A stretch of DNA of 63,799 nt, the filler included, from Platydemus manokwari (lineage: Eukaryota), in assembly GCA_037951405.1 (NCBI GenBank). It is 5 parts of 5 records of this genome, joined end to end, with 100 filler letters (N's around TTAATTAATTAA, not from the genome) between each part and the next. Parts side by side here need not be neighbours in the genome. Positions count along the whole stretch, not along the records: positions 13,825 to 23,700 come from JBBMOY011193988.1; positions 23,801 to 34,117 come from JBBMOY011125219.1; 3 more parts are not named here. The stretch is one strand, 5' to 3'. Of the stretch, positions 13,870-27,600 are shown piece after piece (positions within the stretch are counted from its first letter, which is position 1; every line of letters begins with the position of its first letter). The position numbers were made by a program, and so were the translations under genes. Under the pieces are notes generated by a model. That model was not told the origin of the DNA. It did not search any database and saw only the letters and a list, made by a program, of their open reading frames with translations.

Positions 13870-14359
13870 TTGGCAAGATCGATTGTTATTGCTAAAAAAT
13901 TCAAAGAAAGTGCAATTAACATTTGTGAAGTCGAAATATATGGTCGTCGTTATGTGAAAGGCAATGAACCGACTTGTAAAAATATCACTCATTAACTTGT
14001 TTCATATTTAAGGAAATTTAGATTATTTTCGTGGATCATAAAAATTGTACAAGAATGTGAAATATATTCACCAATCAATTGTTAGATCTCGAATTGAATG
14101 TGGCAAACTTTGCGTTGAAACATGGAATTGCGTATCATTTAGCTGGGAAACAGCAAACATATGTTCAATATTCAATCACCGTGAAGGTGATTATTATTCG
14201 CACTTAGCATGTTTCTTGAAGATCCAATTGACTAATCGAATGTTGTTTTGTGGGATTTTACAATTTAACTTATCCAGTGACATAAATTTTGACTTAAATT
14301 TTGTGGTTTTTATTGACACCAATTTTGCTGTTCTTGTTACAATATTAATTTGGTTTTAA
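13870..14359 (+). pseudogene. Fragment of an F-type lectin (F5/8C-like) plus PAN/apple domain gene, with an in-frame stop
   Basis: Exon 13870-13960 LARSIVIAKKFKESAINICEVEIYG resembles the C-terminal CEVEVYG strand of F-type lectin domains. A putative 52-nt GC-AG intron follows, then GNLDYFRGS*KLY...RSRIECGKLCVETWNCVSFSWETANICSIF (C-x3-C...C.SF...C PAN pattern). TAA at 14039-14041. Confidence 0.55.
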
Positions 14360-17359
14360 AATATAAATTTTTTTGTTATATTATAAATAAATGCGATCGT
14401 TCTTTGAGGATAATTACACATTGCCAGAAAAAGTATTAATAACCGAATAATATTGAAAATTATATTATTTTTTACACTATTGAATATTTTAAGTCATTAT
14501 GACCTATATTAACGGAGATATTGTCATTATTATTTTTTTTGATAATATTATTAAATTCGAATCATATAAATAAATTTTATTTGTTTATAAATTTATATAT
14601 AAAATATATTTCAAATTATTATTTCTTTTTTTAAAACAAAATAAATTAATAATTTTAATTTCGACTAAATAAATAACTATTAGAACATTTCTATGTTCGG
14701 TAAATCAATTTATATGGGTGGTCAGGTAGACGTAGTGCGATCAAAAAGTGCCGTGGCGTCTATCAGACAATAACGGCGACATTATTTCAGTTTATCACTG
14801 ATTTAGTGATGATAATATTTCATTTTCTATATGACGCATATAACAAACACTGAATAATAAGTGCAATTATATTTTGTTTTATAATAAGCTCTAGTGTAGC
14901 GAGAATTTTTTCTTTATAATGAATTAACATATATATGTTCAATAAAATGATCAACACATCTTGATTGTAAAATCCTCTGTTACCAAAAAATACCATTTTG
15001 AAAATACCATGAAATCTGCTTAAAATCCTATAAAAATATGCTCTTTCATTAATAAAAGTCTTGACTTGTGTGTTATAGCACTAAAATGATGTTTTTTTGA
15101 ATATAAATTCTAAATATATATATATATACATTCATTTGAAAGTCTCCCATTTATTGTTTAAGTGTGATTTAAAAGTCTTTTGTTTCTTATATTTATTAAT
15201 TTTTATATTGTGCATGTTCCAATTTTAATTTAATGACAAAATTATTATTTTGTTTTATTATTAATTAGAGTTTTTATTTAATTTCATAAATGATTTTAAA
15301 ATATTGAAGACAACTAACAATTTTATCATAAAAACTCATTTAGAATAAAATAATGGAATTGTTGATATAATAATTTTTTAATTAATAATATAATCTTAAT
15401 ATTTATGATTTGAATGATTCTATTTATAAATATTATTTAATTGGATAAATAAAACAAATTTAATTCTTATTTGATAAATGAATAGAATATTTATAATATA
15501 TTTATTTTTATATTTTTCATTAAATATTTATTAATTTATTTAATTTCTATTTCTCAATTATTTATATTAAATTAACTGAACACATATCATGATGAATTAT
15601 CAAATGTTGGATTAAAAATAATCAAATATCAAAATGACTGCTTGTAATTCACAGAAAGGCATACATTTTTACTGGAACAAACGAAAAATATGGTGATAAT
15701 TTCTTCTATTAAACCCTGTTGCTAGATCCAGAAGGCTAGTTTCACTTGCAACAAATAAACTGAACCAAGATCAATAACAAGGTTAATCTTGCAATTAGTG
15801 AATATCAGAAAGAGAAATGAGAGAAGAACAGTTTCTATAACCCGAAATACACAATCCAGATACTGCACGGCCTTCTAGAAAAGGCAATAAACAATCTGGA
15901 TAGGAGTCAAACCCACATGAAACTGCGTAACCTCACTATAAATCACTATAAAAGTAAGCAAATTGGATAGACTGATCTACCAAATTAAAGTGAACTATGT
16001 AACACAGTTTGGAATAGGTTTTGATATCTTAAAATATTCACATAAAGAGATTCGAACTTCTCATTTCAAAATATTTATCTAGAAATTATATTCTAAATCT
16101 TTCAAAAGATGGAATCAATGACTCAAAAATGAAATAATGATGGCTATCCGGAACTATTGTACGCCGACTAAAATTCAGAACTCCTGAAGATTCTTGTTTG
16201 ACAAATGCATGGAAAACAATGGCGTTCATGGGCAATGGAAACCATATTTGACAACCACAAACTGATGTAGAATGAAAACAATGACAAGGTTTAATCATGG
16301 AGACCGCTCGCTCGTCTGAATTGCTGTTACAAGATTCCAACAATAATCTTCTACAAATAACGTAGTACACAGATCGATGAAAACAACATTATTCACTAAC
16401 CTCGGAAAATTTTAGAACACAGCGATGGATGTACTGAACATAATTTTATTTTGAGGCATTATTGGAAGTCTATTCAAGGAAATGAAGAGATGCCGCTACC
16501 TAACTTCATACTGTCGTCCGTTTTAAAATAATCAATGATGTTCTCATTTTTCGAGTTAATCGGAAAATACAGTGGAATGGCCTCATATTCCAAAGATCGA
16601 AGACTCTATAAAGGAATTTTATTCAATGAATAACACCCGAGGCGGAAGATTGTTGCTCATAAACTGTCTCATAATCACAGCACATATACTGATAAATGAC
16701 TTATTAATTAACGACTTTGAGTATTTGGATGTGGTTATCAGTTATCATCTAATTAAGAAGTCTTATTAGAAAAAAATGCGCATTGATGTTAACTAAATTA
16801 AAATGTTCCGAAACGTCAAAAAGACTAGAGTTCATTATTGAAAAAATCTCACCTGATATTTAAAAAGTCAACTCTCTTTTTATCAATATACAAGGTCATT
16901 CTGATAAAATCCACCAATTAGGAATTCAAATCATTCATTCTCGTTTCAATCCAATCGAGTAGAAATTTTGAATGTGAAAACAACAAATTCGTATCGAAAG
17001 TAATTCGAGATAAATACGAATCACTAATGAAAGATAAACGAATATATTGGTTTTCAAAATTATGTAAAATGTTTGCTATAGCGAATTGGAATAAGAATGT
17101 TGAATGATAATTAATGACCTGATAATCTTTTCTAACGAGTTTTAAAAACCAAAATTTGAAAGCCATTTGAAATCTGATAAAAACATTGTGAATAAACATC
17201 ATTTTGGTGTCAACTCTCCCCACGTCAATTCACTAACTGAATGTAAGCTTAAAGTTATTCCAATTCTTTTCACCTGGTTTTTCGAATCAATCATTCTAAT
17301 TTGCCCTCTAAATATTTTAATATTTTAAATATACATTGTTTCTTTTCAAGTATAATATA

Positions 17360-17641
17360 GAGTCTTTAGTGTGTTTTATAATGGATTCGCTTTAAACTCC
17401 TTATGAACCGGAAAAAGCTTTAAAACTAGCAGGAAATTCGAATAGAAATTAAAACAATATCTTTCAGTATTAGTTAGTATTATTGACAATCCGCATTCCA
17501 ATATTTTCAAACAGATAAACGGTTATGACTGTGGTTCATTTGCATGTGCATATAGTTTATCTGTAAGTTATATAAGTGAACGATTCATCAGAATTAACCA
17601 TAAATTTATTTTTCGCATCCGATGTGAAATTTACATTTGAT
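17360..17641 (+). mobile_element. Degenerate Ulp1/C48 cysteine-protease coding remnant, probably from a DNA transposon
   Basis: FKQINGYDCGSFACAY...FRIRCEI (Q-x-N-x-x-D-C-G catalytic motif), with an upstream MDSL motif in another frame; stops and frameshift present. Confidence 0.6.
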
Positions 17642-17760
17642 AGTGTTGGAAAGTGAATCACATATCACAATTAGATGGTAGTGGCAACATGAATAATAAT
17701 GCAAAATATACTAGACTAAATTTTTAATTTAATTTGGGTATTTTTTAAAAAGTTTCTATA

Positions 17761-18074
17761 TTGGAAACGAAATTACACGAATGGATCCTTATTCAAAGAG
17801 AACGAGAACTTCAAGTGTCCGTTGTTCGAATTCGTTTACAGGCACAAGTAATTGCCAAAGAGATGAAGATTGAAGGATTTGTCGCAAGCTCTCAATGGAC
17901 TGATAATTTCATGAAACGCAAGAATATTTGTGTTCGACGGCCTACCACAAATAAGTAATCTTATCTTCGATTTGAATTGCTTTTTAGTTGTATAAGCTGC
18001 ACATTATATTAGCTGCAATTCAAAAATGTTGCCTTTATGTACGTATTAGCTGCAGCTTATACTCGGGATTTTAC
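17761..18074 (+). mobile_element. pogo/Tigger-like transposon remnant (CENP-B/Tc5 HTH plus 3' terminus)
   Basis: ETKLHEWILIQRE...FVASSQWTDNFMKRKNICVRRPT is a typical HTH_Tnp_Tc5. It ends in GCAGCTTATACTCGGGATTTTAC, resembling the reverse complement of CCGTA-type pogo TIRs. Confidence 0.8.
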
Positions 18075-19462
18075 ATTATTTTTTAGATTGGCAAATTTTG
18101 TTTCAATGAATCATATATGTTATTGTTTTGTATTATGTTATAATTAGTATTTATATTTTAAATAATATTTGATAACACCCGAGGATTAAATTGCAGCAAC
18201 GACATTTATCTGTTGGAGTCAGATAAGTTAAAAATATCAAAAAACCTTCTGATCACACAAACTTTATCAGAATGTTTAACAAAATACAAAACAAAGTAAT
18301 TGATTTTCGCACTTGCAAGTAATAGTTATAAATTACCTGAGCACTTGTGATAAGGCATTTTTCTCATAAATTTGTACGAGTACTCATTTTTCATTTTTTT
18401 TAATGTAACATTCACTTCAAATTACTATAGCAAAGAATAATTCCACAATTCACGCTCTTGATCAAATTATCTATATTATTTTTGATGATGCCGACTAATA
18501 GGGATTATCAAACAAGTATATGCAAAGAACAATTAAAGTTGAAATAAGACAACATAAAATGCAAAATATTATCAAAATGTATTAACAAAGCAAATTTGTC
18601 TCTACTTAAAATTTAGATTGAAATCAATATGTGACTATGGGATGATTTCGACACGAGATTTCGTGATATGTCATCAGTCTACTTGAAATTTAGAGAATAT
18701 ATTAACTATAATCACATAATCAAACATGCCAATTTTAAATTTATTGCCAATAATCCAATAGTTCTAATAATGGATATATCATAAGGTATACTTTCTCGTT
18801 ACTGTGAAGATTACATTATAGATGAGATATGAGCGTGAAAGAAATGATCGCTATAAGACGATAATTACTTTTAATAAGATTCTGGTCAGGAAGTTAATTT
18901 TATTCAAGGAACAAATGACAAGTGAAACAATCAGACTGTAACAAATCAAACTAATGCGCACATCAATCAGTATCTTTCTTAAATATACAGAAAGATTGAG
19001 TGAAAGTATAATTAGATAAATATATCCAATTCTTATTTTGTTGTTAATTATTCTCAAATGCCCTAACTTTCTATTTTATACTCAAAGAAACGCAGATTAT
19101 TAGATTCAATGAAATTTTGTCTGCTATTTTTGACGAACAATATCGAAAAATATAATTTGATTTATCCAGGATGGAAACAAGTACAATGGTAATAATTACT
19201 TGACAACATTTAATGAATTTCTATGCTACATGTAATGTTTATGCCATTGCAAATCCAATTAAGTAGTCTATCGATAAGCCGTTTTCGTAGTTCTTTATAC
19301 TATTATGTATCAAGAATTCGCCGCCCTAAGTCCTACACTTATGGATTCGAGACTACAGCCACTACTCAATTACCTTCATCATTTACAAGTGAGAATAGCA
19401 TCTGTTATGACTACATTATTTTTCCAAATTCTCACATCATTCACAATATATTTAGTTGAAAA

Positions 19463-20270
19463 CTAGGTTTACGCCGTTTTTTTATTTTAAAATTCTGCAA
19501 CTCTATAAATGTTTTCGAGATAAAAATTCGGGATAAAAGTTTGAAAGGGGATATTTTGTGCTACCGAAATCTATGTTTTGTGCTTTTATTCTAGTTATTT
19601 TCTTATAAGTTCGAGTCATTAAAATGGAATGTAAAGTTGAAAAAAATGAGCATTTTCGACACCTCCTTCTTTTTGGTTTTAATCAAGGTTCTAAGGTCGC
19701 AAAAGCTGCTCATAACATTTGTGCTGTGTATGGAGAAGGTAACATAGCTGAAAGAACCAAGTTTAAAAATGAAAAGTTTTACTTCTGACCTCCCGGAAAT
19801 TTGGTTTCTGCCGTTTTACTTGATACTCACCGCTCAACTCATGGACACATCCAAAGGTTTCTTTACCAAATTGTTATTGGGACGAAAAATGGTGCCTGTA
19901 TGAAGAAATGCGATGAATAGCTTAGCCCTAGTAAACACCTCGCGTGAAATAAGGTCTTAATCCATGTAAAACGACGTTGTTTGTAAGTTGAGACTGGGAA
20001 GAGATTATTCATTATGAATTGAAAAAACACTCAGGTGGAAATTTATGTTAAACAGATGGAACGACTCTATATGGCTATTCAAGAATAAAGACCTAATCGA
20101 CACCATGAGGTTTTTTTGCTCTACCCGCCATCATATCACCAATGAAGCCGTTCAAATGCATAGCCCTAAAGTGGTACCATATCCTCTGTACTATCCTGAT
20201 TTAGCACTGGCGGATTTCCACCTCTTTCGATCTATTTTAAATATTATGCGAGTGATGAACATAGAATAAA
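19463..20270 (+). mobile_element. Decayed mariner (DD34D) element
   Basis: From 19624: MECKVEKNEHFRHLLLFGFNQGSKVAKAAHNICAVYGEG; DEKWCLY near 19882; DWEEIIHYEL near 19992; YPDLALADFHLFRS near 20192 (YSPDLAP motif). Multiple frameshifts and deletions; ends approximate. Confidence 0.88.
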
Positions 20271-21338
20271 GTAATTTTATTATTTTCAATAAAATCTGAA
20301 TGAGAAAAATTAGGTAAGAATTATTCGAGTAGAAATAGAGTAAATACTGAAAACAATGGATAATTTTAAAAATAGTTTTCCAATTTTCTAAAATAAAAAA
20401 AAGAAATTTATATTTACCCAAGAAGCACTCACTGATCATGGTAGAATATTGATTCTTTTAAATCAAAATACATTGGAACACCGACCAATAGTAAAAATAT
20501 CCAAATATTATGAATGTCAGAGCTATATTAATTTCAAATATTAGCTACGAATAATGCCGATATGCGCAAGTAATATTTAACTTGATTTGTTATCACGTTC
20601 TTTATTTCAGCTTAGTTAGTAATTCCGTGAGAAACTTGGCGGATATTTTTTGTAGAAAAGGAATTATCTATCTATTCTAAGATTTAATAAAGTAATGCAG
20701 AAAAATGTAGGAAAATACATTTCTGCGTGAAATTTCTTCTATTATACATACTTAAGAGTTAGACATAGCTGAAACATCACCATTGATTTTATAGCCACGT
20801 TTTCACACTCAAACAATACTTCAAATTACCTTCAAATGCTTTTCTGATCACAGCCAATAACGTATAAATAGAGACGAATATGTAAAGAAATGGGTACTCA
20901 TCAATGGTATATAAACATTGAGAGACTTCATGACACTGTAATCTAGAAAGGATCTTTGAAAAATTATTAGTGAGTGTAAATATTTAACAATAATAGGTGA
21001 TTTAATTTGATATTTTAGTACACAACACCCAATGCTATCATAAGAGTGAATAACACCAATTATTTTTAAAAAATATCTAGGTTGTTTAGATTTTATGGTT
21101 AGTTTAACAATGAATAATTACACAAAATTACAATTCGATTACATCTGATTCTTCACTAACATCAATTGATTACGCGGTCAAATTTAACAATTGAGTTGAT
21201 TCAAACCTATCCCATAAAAATTCTTCAAAAATAGGGAAAATAGTATTTTGAATAAGAAAACAAATAATTGTTAGCTGTTAGTTCTTTATTATATTAGAAA
21301 TATTTTCAATTAAAAATGTATAAAATATCCGACGAATT

Positions 21339-22180
21339 ATGAATGAAATTCTTAAACAACTTAATAATACCAGCAACGAATATTTATATACTTCAACTAT
21401 AAATGATGGATGTGGAGTCAAGTCATTGGAAGATAGATACATCATTCAGTCAATAGTCCATGTATTCAAAACAACAAGGAGAACTGAAGCGTCAATTTAT
21501 AGCTTCACAATTTCAAAATCAATAAGAAGCCTACCCATAAAAACATTCATATCGAAACCGCTCTGGACTGGCTAAATCAAGTAGACAAATTTGGCAATGA
21601 AAAACCAATCGAAAACCAATCTCAGGACTAACAAATTTGTTTTGATTGGCAACGAAATGGCAACCAGGATTGATAGATGTGACAAAACTATGCAATCCAG
21701 AACAAGAACAATCATACCAAAGCAAAAGAATCCGCTATACTTAATCGTGAGAAAATTCTTTAAAGAAAGGCATCGGTACAATTGGAAAATTTGGACGTGG
21801 TCTTGCAAACATTAGAATATCAACAAGAGCTATTTTCCAACGAAGGCTTAGTATTCCTGAGTTTTGCTTTATCAACGGATACAAAACCTATACTCTAAAA
21901 GTCAACAAAGTCCAGGTTCAAATTTGTAATTCTGCAGAAAATGACGGACAGAAAATATAAACCCAATTATTTAGGTCTCAAAATTCAAAACAAAATCGTA
22001 ATCTCAAGACATGATCAAGTGATTAAAATTATCGTAGATGAAATTCTCAAATACACACAAGTGGTGTTCCACATCAACAAAGAATGTGAACTGACAACAT
22101 AAAAATATGGATTAACTTGACAACCAAACAAAGTGCCCATTGGAAACCATCAAGAACCTGAAATCTCCTAATACAAGAAA
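21339..22180 (+). mobile_element. Decayed non-LTR retrotransposon 3' region (RLE-type, R2/R4/NeSL-like)
   Basis: YLYTSTINDGCGVKSLEDRYIIQSIVH resembles the post-RT LY...GG.G motif; SRHDQVIKIIVDEI near 22004 is the RH(D/N) motif that follows the CCHC knuckle in RLE elements. Many stops. Confidence 0.6.
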
Positions 22181-23628
22181 CAATCGTGAAACAATGTAAC
22201 TAAGGGCTTTTATTGGAAAAATTGTATTTTAAATATTTTGAACCCTCAAAAAATTAATTAATTAAAAATTAGTGTTATCGTCTTTTAAATACCTGTGAAA
22301 ATTACAGATGATAATCTTCCAGAACATTAATTCGAAAATAGTCCATCTTAAAATTTATTCAAAGCCGACATAAAATCTATAAAGATATTAAAAACCAATT
22401 ACTTTCATTGAAGACTTCCTTTCAATTTCCCTAATTCCATTGTTTATTGTATTATTCTGTTGACAGTCACCGCAGAACTTTTCAAATTTTAATATTGTTG
22501 AGATATTTATGATGGCAGTGACTTTAATTCAAAATTGAATAAGCCGTTTATCATTTTTTTTAAAAAATAAAATGATCGTTTCATGAATATTCAATATCAA
22601 TTACTGGGTCCAATTGAAAATTAGTACGGTATGAATTATCAAATTAATCAAATAATCTAGAGCGATAATGAAATAAACTATTATCCTAGTTATTATTAAA
22701 ATCATCATTTCACTGATTTGAGAATCACCAATTAATAAATTAACAAAACGAACTATCAGTATTTTTTGTTTTTTAATTAAAAATTTAATTAAAATATAAT
22801 TAATTAAAAAAAATTTAATCCAGCAGGATTTTTAAATATATCTCGAAGAGTCATTGTAATTCAGATCGATCAAAACTCTATGAGTTTAAGTCCAGTGCTT
22901 ATCATTTTAAATTGTTGTTTTTCGATTCACTGACACTATCTCTAACCATGTTCTTCAAAACTCAATAATTAACTAAATCATTAGAACTCTCCGTGAGAAT
23001 TAGTTAAACCTCTGAATTTTTTAGTATTTAAAGGAATTTTCTACCGTTGGAATGATTTGAGGAATATCCTGATTTATCCTGATTATATAATCATAAATAT
23101 CTTTCCTTCGTAATATTCAGTCTACGTAACGAACTATGTTGATTAATTTAATATCTGGATCCACGGATCATCATTTGTAATTTAAGGTATGTGATTAAAG
23201 TTTTGTCATAAAAATATTGATATGTATTTTTATGCTGATGAACTCAGATCTGTTTGACAAGAAAGCTCAATATAAAAGTGACTCATTCGTACATTTATCG
23301 TCGGCACCGATAGATCACATTATTCAAGAAAATACTATTAAAATATCAAAAAAAGTGAACATATTCACAATTCAATAACTCAAAAAAATAATCTCACTTT
23401 AACAATCAATTTTCTCACAGTGTAACCTTCTGTATAATGTATATCTTTGATAGTAACAAAAATATTTCCAAATGTTTCTTCTTTAACAGTATCAGTAGGC
23501 AGATAGTATTCACATTTTCTCTAGAATGTTATCAAGATTAGGGAAAAGCAGTGGAAGCAAAATAAAGCAAATTCAATTCAAAAAATTATTTTCCTTTAAG
23601 TAATAAATATTTTCAATTAGACCAATTC

Positions 23629-23700
<72 letters not shown>
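23629..23700. repeat. (AAT)n microsatellite running into a gap
   Basis: Direct reading of the sequence. Confidence 0.97.
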
Positions 23701-23800
23701 NNNNNNNNNNNNNNNNNNNNNNNNNNNNNNNNNNNNNNNNNNNNTTAATTAATTAANNNNNNNNNNNNNNNNNNNNNNNNNNNNNNNNNNNNNNNNNNNN
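23701..23800. other. Assembly gap spacer
   Basis: N44-TTAATTAATTAA-N44. Confidence 0.97.
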
Positions 23801-24608
23801 TTATTATGATTATAATGATTATTACTATTACTATTATTAATAATACTACTATTATTATTTTTATTATAATCATCAGTATTTTGTTAAATTTATCACCGCG
23901 ATTATCATTATTATCGGCTTTATAATTATTAATTTAACTTTTATTTTACAGGTATAGTGTGTTTCTCCTAGTTGAATGCGATACAACGTGCTTATAGACC
24001 ATCATGAAGTTAATTGTAGATTTGTTCCAAATATTCATTAAATTTCTCACCGCAACCATTCTAGTAATATCGATACAATATTCACAATAAATCTGAACTT
24101 GTCTCAATCGTTAAAAGCTTTATCGTATTTGTTTTCAAATGGTTTTTTTCGATTTTTTTATTAATGGTATTCATGTCGCATAGAACTGTCTCACAAAAAT
24201 CAAAATCATTATAAATATTTTGACACATTAAATCATCAACATGAACGGTTTGATTTATCATCAAAATAATTATGGTTCGTGTAACTGATAGTCAACAATT
24301 ATGAATTAAATCGATTGGAAAAATCTACTGAAAATTAATCCCGAATCTGTTGTTTTGTCAAATATTTAATATTTTGCTAACGAAAATACAGATTTTTAAA
24401 TAAATTCCACCAAAAAATACATTCAGGAACTCATTTGATAGATGAAAACGTCTACTAGAAACAAATGAGTCTGCATTTGTAATGAGATGGCCATGATTTT
24501 ATTAATATATACTCCTCTTACATACAAGTTTAGAATTATTTCTATGAACGTAAATATCGGTGTTTGCGTTTCTGAAAGCAGTGAGCAAAATATTATCTTA
24601 TTATCAGA

Positions 24609-24609
<1 letters not shown>

Positions 24610-24647
<38 letters not shown>
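24610..24647. repeat. (ATT)n microsatellite
   Basis: Direct reading; source of the poly-Ile spurious ORFs. Confidence 0.95.
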
Positions 24648-24649
<2 letters not shown>

Positions 24650-26869
24650 TTATCAAAATTTTCATATGGGTATAATGATTTCAAGGATTATTTAAATAAT
24701 ACCGCTAAGGATTATAATTATTCGTGATTATATGTTTAAGAATTATGCATCCATATCCCCACTCATGGACAGGGAATTATCCAAACTTATTAGTCCTGAA
24801 TCGATGGAGCTATGATACAGAAATTGTAAAAACTTCAGTTATTTCTTACAATGCCTCTCAGAACAATTGTCAGCCTAACTCCTATCTTACATTCAAATGA
24901 AGTAATTTCGAATTTTTTATACGAAATTAGCCCAAATAATTATAGCTAATGTTATTTTGTGTCCACTCTAATGTTGTCATACCCATGTATTATTCGATTG
25001 GTTTTCATTGAGTGAGACGTTTATGATTTTTCAACTTTTTGATTCTATTTATGAATACTGATCTTAATTGGAATAAAAGAACTCATGCTGTGTTAGTTTA
25101 TTAAATTGTATGATGTAATTAAAAATTTTGTTTTTTCAAACCTCCTAGAGTTCAATACAAATCATTTTATGTAACAGGAATCAATCAAAGTCACTCTGGC
25201 ATTGGAAAAATCGGATTAGAAACTAATTATAGGAGCAATTTAAAAATATTCACATTTAATACCAAAATATGCTTCGATAATTTTAGTTGAGGTAAATAAT
25301 CGATATTAGTGTCTCAGACTATGAATGACTACTGTTGTATAAGTCGTATATTAATCAATATGGTTATATTTAATTTGGTATAATTAATGAATAAAAGCTG
25401 CAACTATCAACTTTGTTGGTATATTTAGTAAATCTTAGACATAACATCGAAATAAAAGTAGCTTTCAGTAAATTTGTAATTGAAATCAATATAATAGAAA
25501 TCAATATAAATCTTAACAATAGTGGATTTATCATAGCAACATAGTTTAAACTATAAAAATATGTAATCCATTATTTTCGCGGGGTTTGTTGTTTCTAGCT
25601 TTAAAGTTATTTATCACATTTTTAGCAATTCCTTTCGAGGTTTGAGATTTTCATACCTTTATGTTGTTTAATAGCATTTAAGAATAGAGTTGATTAGAAA
25701 ATTCAATCAATAAAGTAATTCGTTGATCACAATATTAATTGTATTGGGTTTGATAATTTTAAAGATTTTCCACTGGAACACTTGTGGATATTTTTTGGTT
25801 CCGCTTGGCTGGTGAAAAATAAATTTAAAATCACTTCTCTATTTAAGCTTTGAAAAATGAAATCGGAGATTTTATATTTTCACAAAATTTAATCCAAAAC
25901 CAATTCAATTAGCAGGAAATGCTTTTAAAAAACAGATATTGAATATCTCAATCAATACCGATTATTTTTACTCTTTGAAATCTAGCAGCGGGCACTCGAC
26001 ATGAAAATGTGTCGAACAGAAATTCCACGTGACTTTCAATATGTTTTGTCTGTTTAGAACTTTGAATGGTGGAATATTTATTTGTTAGACAATTCAAAAT
26101 TTTAGCTGGATTTATTTATTTTAAATTCGTGTTTATGATTTTCAACCGAAAAAATATTCTCCCAGTTAGATTCTTCAATTATAGAACAATCTTCGATTTG
26201 TACTTTTGACTTTCTTGTGGACATTTTTCTCTCATTTTAGCAACGACATCTGGAGAAAATCTCGTAATTAAAGATAAATCAATTTTCCAAAATCACTGAC
26301 AGAGAAAAGGCACAAAAAATCTCATTTCCAAATCGAAAATCGAAATTTTTTTCTCTCTGAAAAAAAATATCAACCGAAATTGCCTGGGAGGAAAAATGGA
26401 AATTTTAACGATTATATTTTTGTATTTTATATATAATTTTTTTTTATATATATATACGTGTAGCAGGAAAGAATAATATATAATTCTTTGTACAGAAAAA
26501 TACAATCGATATGACTTACTTGTGGCCGGTATCGATTCAATGATTTTCATCAGCAAAATCAAGAGAAAGATTTCCCGAATCAATCCTTTCATATTTTCAC
26601 TCTGAAATTGAAAATCGATCAAAAATTATGGAAAATGAATTTGCTACCAATCGTCAATAAATCAAACAATAGACTGTTCGAATACTACTGCAAAATGGCA
26701 TTTTTAGAACTGATCTAACTTAGCATCGTAATTGATTGAGTAACTCAAACAAATGAAAACCGTTATTAAATGATATTTAAATTCACTTGCTATTGATGTT
26801 CATTTGTTTATTTAAATATAATTATTGATTGGTTAATAATATGTAAATAAATAAATAAATAAATAATAC

Positions 26870-27600
26870 AACTCACCCGAAATCCGCCGATTCAAGGATA
26901 AATTTTCTGTTACAATTAAAATGATTTTTTCTTTTTTTCGTTGATTTTTGCGCTTTTCCAAAACACAGAAAAAAAATAATCGAATGATTTGAAAATTATT
27001 ATTTAAATGTATATTTTTTTGGTGAAAAATTATGATTTTTGCGCCAGGCAACCAATCAGAAATGGAAAATGGATATTGAAATTTTATTCGGTACCGATTT
27101 TTATGGATGTCTGTGAAAAATTTCCTCCGTTTTATTTGACGATAATGTCAAAGCTGATGAAATTTTCGTTTGGAGGGATCAGTTGGAGAACTGAAGTATA
27201 GAATGTTAGTATGGCCAATTTGCCTGAATCGATGTCAGTGTGTGCCTTTAGTGTGCTTGTGTGCGTGTTGATTAGATTTCCAATACAGGTTTTTCCGATA
27301 TGTGTGTCTAGATCTGTGTGTGTATGCGAATTTCACTGAAGTAATGAATGTGCGTGTGTGTGCTTCCAGAGTGATTTCATTCATTATCTAGTTTTATTTT
27401 TTTTCTGTTAATAATAAGCGGACTGCCAAGCATGAATTAAATCAATCTTCCATTCGCGCTATCCGGTCGACACGGTGATTATGTTAATTTGCCATATTAT
27501 AGTGATGCAATTGGGCGGGAAATGTAAATTATAGTCAAGTTGAAAGAGATTGATTTGGATTTTAATCAATTTTTGATGTTGCGGAAATCAAGTATCTATC
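26870..27600. promoter_or_regulatory. Candidate promoter / first-exon island
   Basis: Locally higher GC and CpG, NF-Y-type AACCAATCAGA at 27050-27060, GC box GGGCGGG at 27513-27519, (TG)n-rich stretches, no convincing ORF. Confidence 0.3.

Noticed and set aside
18117-18900. Exon-like pieces with Cys and splice-like sites (secreted protein pseudogene?)
   Set aside because: Could not assemble a consistent reading frame or recognise a domain.
24423-24675. Poly-Ile ORFs on both strands
   Set aside because: Translation of an (ATT)n microsatellite.
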